DNA from: Octopus sinensis
Taxonomy: Eukaryota
Assembly: GCF_006345805.1 (NCBI RefSeq)
Contig: NW_021832843.1
Location: 1-64,000, forward strand
DNA: 64,000 bases
Reading direction: 5' to 3'
Part shown: positions 38,228 to 51,650 of the stretch, in pieces
How the letters are laid out: each line of letters begins with the position of its first letter
Position numbering within the stretch: the stretch's first letter is position 1
Program-made: the position numbers and the translations under genes
The notes under the pieces: generated by a model
What the model was told of the DNA's origin: nothing
What the model saw: only the letters and a program-made list of their open reading frames with translations
Database searches by the model: none

Positions 38228-41200
38228 CAGTAGTTTTATTTTTATAGCGTGCTTTCACTTCACTACCGAGCGCAGCTCTGTGTGCCTTGGGTGTGTGCTG
38301 TGATTTGTTGTGGTGCTCTGATGGTTATTGTATGGAAATTGTTCTGCGTAGGATGTGTGCAGTGCCTAGTAGTGCAATTTTCTGTATGTTATATGTGTTT
38401 GTAAGTCCTGGTGTTTTTGTTATGTATTTGTCTGAATATTTTTTTATCATGCCTAATGCACCTGCTATGATAGGAATTGTTTCTGTTTTCAGATTCCACA
38501 TTCGAGTTACCTCTATTTCCAGGTCTTTGTATTTTGAAAGTTTCTCCATTTCTTTTAGAGACACGTTGTCATCTGCTGGTATTGATACATCAATTAGAAA
38601 GCATTTTTTTTCTTCATGATCTCTGACAACTATATCTGGTCTGTTGGCCTTAATTTCTCTATCTGTGTGTATTGGCATATTCCAGAGTATGGTTTTCTGT
38701 GACCTTTTCTGGCAGGTGCCTATACCATCTTTTTTCTGTTGCAATTCCATAATGTTGACATAGCTTCCAGTGTATGTAGGTCCCAACTCTGTCGTGTCTG
38801 TGAATATATTCCTTCTTAGCCAGGACTGGGCAGCTAGAGATATGATTTATTGTTTCTTGTCCATCTCCACATATTCTGCAGTTACTTGTTATATTTCTTT
38901 TCATTACATGTTTTTGGTAATTTCTGGTGGGGAGGCTTTGGTCTTGTGCTGCAATTAAAAATCCCTCTGTTTCTGCTTTGAGTCCTGAGCTTCTCAACCA
39001 TTGCTGGGATTTTTCTTTGTCTATTTCTTTTGCGTTTAGTTTAGTCCAGTATTTACCATGAAGGGGCTTTTCTTGCCATCGTTTTATCATGGTTCGTTGC
39101 TGTTCTATTTTTAGTTTGGATTTCATTTGTTTTATAGCTTTTGTTGTTTCTTCATCTTCTTCATCTTCATATTTATTAGGTGGTATGATTTCTTGTTTGT
39201 ATTTTTCAGCTTCCTTAAATACTGAGAACAGTTTTTGTTTTGCTCGTGTTTTGCCACTATTTGTATCAGTTTTCCTTCCTTCTGAAGTAGATATTTTTTC
39301 AGTCCTATGGTGGTTATTTTATAGTAGTGTTCCAGCTGTATAAGGCCTCTACCACCATCTATACGTTGTATATATAGCCTTTCTATATCAGATTTTGGGT
39401 GATGCATCCTAGATCCTGTCATTATTTTTCTTGTTTTCCTATCTATTTTGGTCAGTTCATTTAGTGTCCAGTTAAGGATATTGTAGCTGTAACTTATAAC
39501 TGGAACGGCTAAAGTATTCATACCTATTATCTTGTTTTTAGCATTGAGCTCTGTTTTTAGTATTGATTTAACTCGTCTATAATATTCTTTTTTTTATTTT
39601 CTCTTTCATTTGTGTGTGTTGTGTCTTATCTAGTTCATGGATTCCTAAGTATTTGTAAGTTTGGCTTTGGTCTAATTCTTTTATTTCATTGGTTTTATCT
39701 AGTGTGATGTTGCTACTCTTAACTAGTGTTCCTCTTTTCAAGGTTACTTTGGCGCATTTTTCTAATCCAAATTTCATATCTATTTCTTTGGTAAATCCAT
39801 GAACTGTCTTTAGTAGTGTTTCCAGCTGTTTGTCATTTGTAGCGTATAGTTTTAGGTCATCCATCTATAAAAGGTGGCTGATCGTTTTGCCGTAACATTT
39901 AAATCCGCATCCAGTTCTAATTAGCATATCAGATAGAGGTGATAGTGCCAAGCAGAAAAGGAGTGGAGAGAGCGTGTCTCCCTGGAATATTCCTCTTCTA
40001 ATGGGGATGGCTTTGGTTTTCATGAGTCCCTATTTCGTTTGGAGCTGTAGCACATTTTGCCATTTATTCATAGAGTGTCCTATGTATTTTATAATTGTTG
40101 GTGCTACTTTGTTCATGGCTAGTGTTTCGAGGATCCATGTGTGGGGGATGCTATCAAACGCCTTTCTGTAGTCGATCCAGGCCATACTGAGGCCTTTCTT
40201 CTTTCTGTGGCTGTCTTCAGTTATGGCTTTATTGATCATTAGTTGATCTTTACAGCCATAGGAGCCTTTGCGGCATCCTTTGTGCTCTTCTGGAAACAGG
40301 TTGTTTTCGTCCAGGTGCTTGTTTAATCTTTGTGATATTGCTGCAGTAAATGCTTTGTACACAGTAGGGAGACAGGTTATAGGTCTGTAGTTTTCTGGTT
40401 TCGCTGTCTCATTGGATTTGGGAATTAAGATGGTTTTCCCCTTCGTGAGCCATTCAGGCATTGTCTCTGGCTCTGCTAGTATGTTGTTAAAGTTTTCAGC
40501 CAGCTTTTTGTGCATTCCTGGTAGATATTTCAGCCAGAAGTTGGGGATCTTGTCATGCCCAGGTGCCTTCTAGTCACTTAGTCTTTGCAGTGCCTGGGTG
40601 ACCTCTTCAGTTGTTATGGGGGTCCAAAGTTGTTCAGATGCCGAGTTTGTTATTTTCATACTCCTTTTTGTGGTTGTTCATTCGCCGACCATATTCCTTT
40701 CCAGAATTCTTCCAGTTCATCTGCCGTTGGTGCTGCAGTGATGTCTATTTTATATTTGCCAAGTACTTGGTAGAGGGTTGGAGTTGAACTGTTTGTTTTG
40801 TTCAAAGAAACGTTGGCGTTTCTCATACCGGCGGATCCTTTGTGCTTTGGCAAGGATATCTTGCTTCAGCTTTTCTTTTATCTTAGGTAAATCTTTTTCT
40901 GTGATGTTGTATTTGCGCAGTATTTTTGTTTTCTTTTTGTTGCTTAATAGCGTTGACTGTCTACTGATTTCGTTACGAATAGACAGATCTTTTCACATTT
41001 TTTGTATTTTGTTTTGGATGTTATTTATCCACAGGGTTTGTTTGGGTGGTGGTACTCCTCTTTGGATGGGTTTGAGTGAGTATCCAGCTTCTTTTGTGGC
41101 TGCTGTATATACTAAGTCATTTAGCTCAGTGATATTGCTATTTGTTTCAGTGGCTATTAGTTCCGTGACGGCTAGGTTTATGCTATTTATAATTGATGTA

Positions 41201-42302
41201 GTTTTTTTGTCTATTTTGATTTTTGGGAGGTATGGTCGATGGTCCATTTTGAGATCTGTGGTTTTCAGTTCTTTGATTATTCTACTTTTTATAGTGTCAT
41301 AATCATTAGGCTCCCTTTCGTCGTTTCCAGGTTTTAGATTTGTGTCGCTTTCTTTCTCATTCGTATGTTTGTCTGTCGTGTTTTGACTTGCTGCTTGTCG
41401 TGCATTATTTTGCATCCTTACGGTCTGGTTTTGTTGTTTTTTGTTTACATCGTTTTTGTTGGGAATGTTACATTTGTCTTAGTAAAACTTACTATCTCAG
41501 TGTTCATATTATGTGGCATTGTTGTGTGGCTTCTATCTACATTTTCCTGATGTATATTTTCTTTTAAATGTTCTATTTCTATTTCTGATATTTTTTTGCG
41601 TTGAGAATATATCTTCGTACGTTAGCTAGTTTATTAGGGTTCATTGCTGTATCCAAGTCTTTATTTATGTTATCTTTCTTCCATATTTTATATGTATATG
41701 TTGTTGTGTTTTCGTTCTTTAGGTAGAGCACTGCTGTAAAGTATGCGTGTAGGATTGAAATGTATTCCTCACGTGTCCATTTATGCTTTTTGGTTTTATC
41801 TGCGGGACATGAGGAACAACGTCCGGCCCATTATTTTGACGGTCGTCATTTTCGTAGGGTACCGGTCCGTTCATTTCTGTTGTCACATTGTTTTGCACGT
41901 TTACTTTTTCGTACTTTCTGTGTAACAGGTTCAAAGTGCGCGCTTCCTGATTGTTATTCTTGGGTTGAATAATATCGGTGTTATTTAATTTCTTCGTAGT
42001 TTTTTTGTACATGGTGTTTGGGACCGGAGATGATCTGGTGTTGATGGATCGTAATATTCCACGCATGTTTACATGTGTTGTGTTAGAGGTGGAGATGATA
42101 TCGAGTTAAAATACATCATTTCGTTTGGAAAATTTCAATGAGTATTACTTACTCGGATATAGTTCAATCCTTTGTCAGTTATTTTTTGGCTTCATGCGAT
42201 GTCTTTGTTTCCGATGTCTGTGGATAGATTTCGGAGCAATGTTTTATCGCACTCACATGTTAATTAAACGTCCCCGGTGTTCGTTAAACGTCCCCGGTGT
42301 TC
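38228..42302 (-). mobile_element. Near full-length R4/Dong-like non-LTR retrotransposon (RT plus restriction-like endonuclease), inactivated
   Basis: KPENYRPITCLPT, QKGCRK-like HKGCRKGSYGCKDQL, AWIDYRKAFDSIPH, GIFQGD-type PLLFCLAL, *MDDLKLYA, CRICGDGQETINH, RHD, RPDIVV..D..KKCFLIDVSIP; (TAA)n arrays on both flanks. Confidence 0.9.
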
Positions 42303-42328
42303 TTCTTCTTCTTTTTCTTCTTCTTCTT

Positions 42329-42406
<78 letters not shown>

Positions 42407-42419
42407 GATTTCAAATTTC

Positions 42420-42620
42420 AAATTTTGGCATAAGTCCACCAAGTTCGGGGTGAGTAGGTGAGTCGATTACATCAATCCCAGTATTCAACTGATGCTAATT
42501 TTATCTACCCTGCAAGAATGAAAAGCGAAGTCGACATCAGCGGAATTTGAACTCTGAACGTAAAGACGGACGAAATGCCGCTGAGCATTTTGCCCGATAT
42601 GCTAACGATTCTGCCACCAG
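42420..42620 (-). mobile_element. SINE family A, degraded
   Basis: Family motifs in reverse orientation. Confidence 0.7.
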
Positions 42621-42720
42621 AATCGTATGTAGATATTAAGAATGCATGTATGTGAGTATGTATTTATGTATTATATATAGATAGATATACATCCATACGT
42701 ATATATACATATATATAAAT

Positions 42721-42875
42721 TATAATTAAGGGTATCAAAAAGATACAACCATGCTAGATATAGCAGCCAAAACTAGACTAAAAAACCACATTAAATGAAC
42801 ATTCAATGTGTTTTAGATTCAAGTTTTGGCTGCTATATCTAGCATGGTGGTATTTTTTAGATATCTTCAATTATA
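42721..42875. repeat. 155-bp foldback element (inverted arms with a 27-bp perfect core)
   Basis: ACCATGCTAGATATAGCAGCCAAAACT at 42748-42774 and its reverse complement at 42822-42848. Confidence 0.75.
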
Positions 42876-43000
42876 ATTTTAATAGTAATTATTACCTATG
42901 ATGTTTTTATTCCCATGCTAGCAACTTGATATGATCGGTATTTTAAACAACGATCTTATCCTTATTTATATAAATTTATATACATTCATACATACATACA

Positions 43001-43081
<81 letters not shown>

Positions 43082-43126
43082 ATATATATATATTTAAAAA
43101 AGGAGATGTGGAACACGAGTGGTGAT

Positions 43127-43640
43127 ATATAAAAAAAGAAAATGAAGAAAATGCTGACAAAATAATTTAAGTAAGGGAGAGTGTATTTAATTAGGTGAAA
43201 GTTCTTTTTTTAAACAAAAAAAGAGAAAAATTGGGTTAGAATACAATGTTCATTTTTTGTGAATGAATTCAGTGTATAAGAAAAAAAGTAAGAGTCTTTT
43301 ACAAGATATTTAAGTAAAAGCGTGTAATATACAGTTTTTTGTGGAAAAGTTCAATGTCAGATTTCAGTGCAGAATAAAAGAAATAAGAGATTACCGGTTG
43401 CGCATTTGTTATGCTTATCAAAAGCTATTTTGAGTGAGATAGAGTTCCTTTCTGATTGATTTTTTTCTCTTATCTGACTCTTACTTTTTTTCTTATACAC
43501 TGAAATCATTCACAAAAAATGAACATTGTATTCTAACCCAATTTTTCTCTTTTTTTGTTTAAAAAAAGAACTTTCACCTAATTAAATACACTCTCCCTTA
43601 CTTAAATTATTTTGTCAGCATTTTCTTCATTTCCTTTATA
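43127..43640 (-). mobile_element. Element with ~160-bp inverted arms and a decayed hammerhead in the spacer
   Basis: Arms ~43138-43296 and ~43476-43633; minus-strand TTGATAA-GCAT aacaa ATGC-GCAA-CC-GG-TA at 43392-43421. Confidence 0.65.
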
Positions 43641-43761
43641 TATATGTGTGTGTTTCTTAAATGGCTTATAAACACCTTCCACGCTGCAATTGTTTTCGTT
43701 TCAGCACACGATCTCAGATCAAATTACTTGCTATGCGAGTACATCTCCGTAATATATATAT

Positions 43762-43844
<83 letters not shown>

Positions 43845-43865
43845 ACATATATATACATTCATATG

Positions 43866-43902
<37 letters not shown>

Positions 43903-44101
43903 ATAAATATATAAGATAAATTAAATTTAGAGATATTCTATTGACAATCCGATAATTTATTTATATTACAATATTACATTAAATACTATGAATATAATAT
44001 TAACATAACATAATATATGGATGGATGGATGGATCGATCGATCGGTCGATGAATGGATATATATATATAGATAGATATATACATACATATATTCATATAT
44101 A

Positions 44102-45361
44102 TTGGGTTGGCAACTAAGTTCCCGCCGTTTTTTTTAATTTAAATTTTTTTTTAATGTTTAATCAAAAATAACAACTAATTAATCAATAATGTATTCACCC
44201 TTGTTGTTTACAACTTCTTCCCAACGTTCCACAAGATTTTCTTTACCTCGTTGGTAGAAATCACCCGATTTCGACTCGAAAATTTGATCCAACCAAGCGC
44301 TCATTTCTGCATCAATATTGAACAAAACTCTGCGCATAGCATTTGAAAGAGATCGAAAGAGGTGGAAATCCGTTGTTGCTAAATCAAGAGAGTACGTGGG
44401 TGTGGCGGCACTTCGCAGCCATGCATTTGAATGGCTTCTTTGGTCATATTGGCGATAGGAGGGCGGACGTTGTCGTGCAGCAGAAGAACTCCATGCTGAC
44501 GATTAGGTCTTTTCTCTTGAATAGCCATGTTGAGTCGTCCCATCAGTTAAACATAGAGTTCCATATTGACCGATTGGTTCCGTTCAAGAAATTCGTAATA
44601 GATAATCCCTTCCCAGTCCCACCATACGCACAACATCGCTTTACGCAGATGAAGATCTTTTCACACGCGGTGTTTGTTGTTTACCGGGGCTAAGCCATTC
44701 CTTACGCTGCTTCATATTGATGTACAGGCACCATTTTTCGTCGCCAGTAACGATTCGGTAAAGAAACCGTTGCTTGTGTCCATGAGTGACCGGTGACGAG
44801 CAAGCAAACCAGCGGAGATTGTGGCTCGTTGATTTTTGTTGTTGTCACTTAAAGCATGCGGAACCCATGCCCTATACTTCTGAAACTTTCCCATCGAGTG
44901 AAGATGATTCTCTATAGCAGTGTGGGAGCATTCCATTTTCTCTGCCAGTTCCCTCGTTGTTTGACGAGAATTTTCGTGCAAAAGTTGGTTTAATCGCTCT
45001 TCATCGAACTCAACTGAACGGTCAGAACGAGGTACGTCTTTGAGATCAAAATTTCCATTTTTGAACTTGGCATACCAATCACGAGCGGTGCTTTCATCTA
45101 TGGTACCCTCTCCATACACAGCACAAATGTCGCGAGCAGCTTTTGTAGCCTTAGAACCCTGATCAAAAGCAAAATGAAGGTGTCGAAAATCCTCGTTTTT
45201 TTAACTTCACATTCTATTTTAATGATCTCAAAATAAACGAAACTTAACTAAAATTAACTAGTAAAAAACAAAATAGATTCCAGACTGATTCAAAAATAGA
45301 ACTCTCGAAAAGAATAGATTCCAAACTTTAAAAAACGGTGGGAACTTAGTTGCCAACCCAA
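44102..45361 (-). mobile_element. Full-length mariner (DD34D) element, transposase frameshifted
   Basis: TIRs TTGGGTTGGCAACTAAGTTCCC at both ends with TA TSD; 1260 bp; WYAKFKNGNFDLKD, WVPHAL, IVTGDEKW and YSLDLA (YSPDLAP-like) motifs. Confidence 0.93.
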
Positions 45362-45420
<59 letters not shown>

Positions 45421-45439
45421 GTGTGTGTGTGTATAAATG

Positions 45440-45612
45440 TGGCGAACTGGCACCTTACAAAATTCTTGGCGGCATTTTTCACGTCTTTACATTCTCAGTT
45501 CAAATTATGCCGTTTTGTCTGTCATTCTTTCGGGGTAGATAAGATAGGTAAGTACCAGTCAAATCGACTGGCACCATCCCTCAAATTTCAAGCTCTGTGC
45601 CTATAGTAGAAC
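45440..45612 (+). mobile_element. SINE family A, degraded
   Basis: GTGGCGAACTGGCA head, CTCAGTTCAAATT B-box, TAAGTACCAG body. Confidence 0.65.
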
Positions 45613-46554
45613 AGATATATGTCGAATATGTACCGGTGTTGTGTATACATGTATAGCTTAATGTGTTATATAGGTGTATATTTGTGTTGTATACATGAAC
45701 TTATATATATATGTGTGTTTGTGTGTGTGTACGTATATTAGTCAATTAGTATATGGTGATATGGTGATGGATGCATTGGCAGGGATATCACTTTTTTGTT
45801 TACTTTTCGAAAGTTTCCGGTTTCACAAAAATACGTAAAGTGGAATTGTCAGTGTTTGTTTATGAAACCATGTGATCCAAGACGTGTGAGAGCTTCAGAG
45901 AATTAACGACACGCCTGCGCAATGGGTCAGAGAAATTAATCGGAACAACAATATCCGGTCTGTCGTTTCTTTTTACAAATTGCCCGCCATTCTTTTGAAA
46001 ATACTGACAGCCCCGATGAAATATCTTGCTGAAGGAAATGTTGCTAAATCATAAGCTATTTATCTTCCTAGTGATGTCAGTGCAGGTTTGAAAGGTAAAC
46101 GAGGAAAGAAACCTCTGGTGAATGGCAGACGAAGAAAGGATGGTGGAAAGAAAGTATAAAGAATGAATAATGTAAAAGTAAGCGTAATAAGCCATGATTT
46201 AATTTAAACTTAGTTTGGAAAGAAAGGCGGGAGGGAGAATGTATCCCGAAAGAGAAGAAATGTGACAGTAGAAAGTATGGAAGTACTAAAGCGAGAACAT
46301 AAAATAAAATGAGACGAAGAGAATGGAAATGAATCCCGAAGAACGATTGAAAGAAAGAGCAAAAGAAATTGATGTGTAAAGAGCAGAAACGGCGGAAGTG
46401 AAACAAGTGGATCTTAAGAAAGGAAAAATATGGGAAGAAGTGAGGCTTAAAGATAAAAAGAAAGAACGAAAATAATATTTAAGAAAGGAAATCAGATAAA
46501 GAGAAAATAAGAATGAAAGAAATAGCGAAAGATAAAAGGACCCCGGCGAGATAA

Positions 46555-46925
46555 AAGTCAATGATGACCTCGGTGAGATTTGAACTCAGAATGCAATGAG
46601 CTAAAAGAAATACTGCAATGAATTTTGTCTAACACTCTGAAGAATCTGCCATATGCCCTCTTCGCAGAAGCAATAATGGTGATTTCTTATATAAATTTCT
46701 TTACTACCCACAAGGGGCTAAACACAGAGAGGACAAACAAGGACAGACAAAGGGATTCAATCGATTAGATCGACCCCAGTGCGTAACTGGTACTTATTTA
46801 ATCGACCCCGAAAGGACGAAAGGCAAAGTCAACCTCGGCGGAATTAGAACTCAGAACGTAACGGCAGATGAAATACTGCTAAGCACTTCGCTCGGCGTCC
46901 TAACGATTCTGCCAGCTCACCACCT
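46555..46925 (-). mobile_element. SINE family A copies (one degraded, one well preserved)
   Basis: 46700-46925 matches the 27820 copy in reverse orientation. Confidence 0.8.
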
Positions 46926-47599
46926 TCAATGATTTCTAATATAGACACAAGGCCAGTAGTTTTTGAAGTGAGGGTCCTCTAATTATTGATGATAGTACTT
47001 TACGTTACCGATGAAAAGTAACGGCGACTTCGGCGCAATTTGAACTCAGAATGCAAAAAGTTGGAATAAATAATGAAACGTATATATTCCGATGTTCCAT
47101 TCTAAGGATTCCAACAGCGCGCCCGCTTTTATGATAACAACTACTTGTAAAGCTGGACACTGAGTAAACGATTTTAAGGAGTCCAAAATTAGTTGAAACC
47201 ATCGACTCCATTACCTGACTGGTACTTTTAACAACCCGAATGAAACAAGGACGAAATAATAACAATAACAATAATAATAATAAGCCTTTTGTCCAGCATG
47301 CTAGCGACATTTTGTCCGGCATGTGAACCATATTTTGTCCGGCGTGCTAAATGATTATACTTGTCTCAAATCCTGGTTACATAAGTTGCAATTCAAAAGT
47401 TGCATGGAAATGCTACACAAATCTACGTTGCTTAGATCATAAGAAAAGTCTTTGAGAACTGAGACTTCTTGGTGTAGTTTGCTCTCATTCTGGGTGAATA
47501 TGTATATATATATTCAAATATATATGCCACAGAAACCGGAAATCCGTCCTTATGAGTCTATATGACACCAGAAGGAGCTTTATTTCTTTTTATACCCAT

Positions 47600-47815
47600 A
47601 CCAGTATAACATACTATAGGTACAAAGCCCGAAATTTGGAGGGAGGAGACTAGTCGATTACATCGACTCTGGTGCACGGCTGGTACTTATTTCTATCGAC
47701 CCCGAAAGGACAAAGTCGACCTCGGAGGAATTTGAACTCAGAACCTAAAGCCCGGCTAAATGCCCCCTAAGCATTTCCCCCGGCGTGCTAACGATTCTTC
47801 CAGTTTACCGTCTTC
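47600..47815 (-). mobile_element. SINE family A
   Basis: Family motifs in reverse orientation. Confidence 0.75.
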
Positions 47816-47825
47816 TTAACTTGGC

Positions 47826-47920
<95 letters not shown>

Positions 47921-47943
47921 TAATATAATAATAATAATAATAA

Positions 47944-50398
47944 TAGTCAAGCAAATGGAAGTCTCCAGGAAAGGATAAAATTCCTAACTTCTGGCTGAAT
48001 GCCTTCCCAGAGAGCCATGAACTGCTAAGAGAACTGTACAATGATGTTTTGCAACACCCTAGTAGGATGCCTCCTTGGCTAGTTAATGGGTTAACATTCC
48101 TGCTTCCAAAAAGTGAAGAAACAAATGAACCAAAAAACTATAGACCCATAACCTGCTTAACAACTATGTACAAAACGCTAACATCTGTCCTGACGGAATA
48201 TACTTATAGTTTTTTAACAGACAGCAGCATAATCCCTAATGAACAGAATGGATGTAAACGTGGATCCTACGGCTGTAAAGATCAACTAATCATCAATAAG
48301 ATGATCTTAGAAGATTGTCACAAACGACACAAAAACTTATCAATAGCCTGGATAGACTATAAAATGGCTTTTGATAGCCTACCACATAGCTGGATTAGGA
48401 AATGCCTGGAAATGTATAAGATAGCACCTATTCTGCGAAACTTCTTGACTGTAAGTATGAGATCATGGAGAACCACACTAACTCTGAACAGTGACAATGA
48501 ATTCCTAAACGCTGATGATGTAAAAATTTCGTGTGGCATTTTCCAGGGTGACTCACTGTCACCACTCCTCTTTTGTTTAGCCTTAATACCTCTCTCAAAA
48601 CTGCTCAATGACGCGCAGTACGGGTATAAAATGTTTGATAAAACTATAAATCATCTCATTTACATGGATGATTTAAAGCTCTTTGCAAAAAATGACCAAC
48701 AACTCAAGGGCTTACTAGCGATAGTCAAACAATTCAGTGACGACATCAGAATGCAATTCGGCCTCGATAAATGTGCAGAAGCTACCTTTATCAAAGGAAA
48801 AATGACAGAAACATCTAACGTTAACCTTGACCAACAGAATGTCATAAAAGAACTAGACCCAACGGAGAGCTACAAGTACCTAGGGGTAATTGAAGGGAAC
48901 GGAATAAGGCATTCAGAGATGAAGGAAAGGATCAGGAGAGAATGCTATCGAAGAGTGAGAGCAATACTCAAGACAGAGCTGAATGCAAGAAACAGGATCG
49001 AAGCGATCAATGCATTAGCTATACCAGTCGTGACTTACAGTTTCAATATCGTTAACTGGTCAATTACTGAAATATGTCAGCTCAACAGAAAAATAAGAAA
49101 ATTGTTGACAATGCATAGAATGCACCACCCTAAGGCAGATACAGAACGACTTTATCTGCCAAGAAAAAAGGGAGGCCGTGGTCTTTTGCAACTGGCAATA
49201 ACAATGAAGATTTCTACAATTGGCCTAGACACCTACCTGAAAAAGTCTGAGGACTAGATGTTAAAACTTGTCTCAAAACATGAAAACAAGAAAGCATCAT
49301 ACTCAGTAACAAAACAGGCAAAGGAATATCTAAGTGAATTCCGAATACAACCAATTTCGGAATTAGAGATAGACATACAAGAAACAAGCACAGAAAAAGC
49401 TAGGCGCATGAAAACCCGTGCCAAAACTGCGGCCTTAGATATTCTGAATAATAAATGGCAAGAACAACCTCTCTATGGCAAATACCCAAAGAGAGCGAAT
49501 AATACAGATATTGACAAAGTCCTGACTCATTAATGGCTAATGGCCTCTGGCTTAAAATCTGAAACAGAGGGGTTTATCATAGCAGCTCAAGATCAATGCC
49601 TACCAACAAGAAACTACCAGGCCAACATATTAAAGAACGGCAGTATCCCAACATGTCGTGTATGCCGACAACAAAATGAAACCATTGATCATGTTGTCTC
49701 CAAATGCAGTCTTCTAGCGCCTACAGAGTACCTCAACAAGCATGATAGAGCTGCACAATATATATATGTATATATATATGGATTTTCCCCATGAAAAAAC
49801 TGGTGGGAACGCAATCCACATCCAGTACTTGAAAATGACCACATCTCACTCCTCTGGAACTTCACCATTCAAACTGACAGAAAGATAGATGCAAATAGGC
49901 CAGACATCATATTGAAAGACTTCAGACAAAGAACATGCCTCCTCATTGATATGACTGTCCCAATCGATATAAACGTATCTGTCAAGACCTACCAAAAACT
50001 GAGCAAATATAAAGATCTTGAAATAGAAATCAGCAAAATGTGGAAGCTGAAGACTAAAACAATACCTGTTGTCATAGGTGCCCTGGGAATGATAGCGAAA
50101 GGGACTGATTGCTACCTAACTCAGATACCAGGAAACCCCAAAATGGCAGAAATTCAAAAGATAGTGCTCATGGGAACTGCTCATATCCTACGCAAAATAC
50201 TCTCTATGTAATCCCAAGGTTTAAAACAAAAGGGTTTTTTTTATGTATTAGACATTCACTAGTACAACACAAAAAAATCCCCCAAATATATGGCACACTA
50301 GGCATAACAACAACGTGAACTTACAACCTGTCGTCACTTGAGGTCTCTGGGTGAGACTTGGAGCCAACTTGTACAGACATAAAGCAAAAGTCAAACAT
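47944..50398 (+). mobile_element. 5'-truncated R4/Dong-like non-LTR retrotransposon
   Basis: 402-aa RT stretch at 48049-49257 (YRPITCL, AWIDYKMAFDS, GIFQGDSLSPLLF, YMDDLKL), zinc finger CRVCRQQNETIDHVVSKC, RPD..LKD..CLLIDMTVP; (TAA)n at 47828-47943 and 50399-50511. Confidence 0.92.
48049..49257 (+). pseudogene. Reverse transcriptase domain of the R4/Dong-like element (terminated by a premature TAG)
   Basis: Contiguous RT motifs including YMDD; reading frame resumes in phase after the stop at 49255-49257. Confidence 0.88.
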
Positions 50399-50399
50399 A

Positions 50400-50512
<113 letters not shown>

Positions 50513-51489
50513 GCAATTTTGAATAGGCAAATTTCCACAAATTGCCTTAGTATGCATCACATGTGCCAACTGTTTGTTCCAGAGCTATCTACCAACCTAA
50601 TTTTTAAATGATCAAATTCTTTTCCCTTATTACCTACATTTTGAAGCTAACATAAAATTTAAATCTATACATTACAATAAACCTTACACAAAGAGATTCA
50701 TTAAGATGGCTCCCCTCTACTTTTCTATAAATCAGATATTCAACTTGTAATAAGTACACCTTACAAGATAGATAAAGAAAATTATACATATTTGAATTGT
50801 ACTTATTTGAATTTAAATTATTCAGTATTACATAAGTATTTCCATAAAATTTCTATAACCATTGCTCTAATTAGCATTCATTTCCTACCTATTACATTCT
50901 TTCTCAATTCCGAAAACATCAAAACAAAGTCGACATTAGCAGGGTTTGAACAAAGAGGTGTGGCTAAATATCACTTTGTTGTCCAAATTGCCATCTAATA
51001 TAGTTATAACTTCGGTTCAAAGAGGAAAAAGTACGTACAATGAACTCGAGTATTTTGCCTGGTACAAATTTCATTGGTCTCGGGACCTACAGAGGATCTG
51101 ATCTCAGAACTTGAAGAGCGGTAACTAAATATCGCAATGAATTTTGTCCGTCACCTTAACAGTTCTGCTAATTCAATGATCGTAACAATTTCAAAACCTG
51201 GCAGAAGTTTTGATATTTTTGGAGTAGAGGGCCGCCTGGTACTTAGCAGCCACATGCTTTATTGCCTCCATGTTGAATTAGGCCGACTTAAACTCAAGTT
51301 TGAGCGTAGATTCTTTATAAAGGACGATGAATTCAAAACTGTAGCTATCACTCACATGCAAGCATGATGTGGTAGCTTGAACGATACTTTCACCAAATCT
51401 TTTAGCTGTTATGTAGTCACGAATTGACGTAGATGCAGACACTCTTTCGACTATTCCACTTTTGATCTGGTGGAACATAGAGAGAGAAG

Positions 51490-51650
51490 GGGGAAGCGAG
51501 GCACCAGTATTCGGTTGCTACTCCGATTTGAGTAGATTGATACAACATAAAATGAAATGCCTTGCTCAAAGACATAACACACCAACCGGTCCAGTAATCG
51601 AACACACAATTTTGTGATCGTGGGCCCAATACCCTGTCCACTAGGCCACG
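51490..51650 (-). mobile_element. Old MIR/CORE-type SINE fragment
   Basis: Minus strand GCGTGGCCTAGTGG...GTTCGATTACT...TCTTTGAGCAAGGCATTTCA. Confidence 0.6.
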
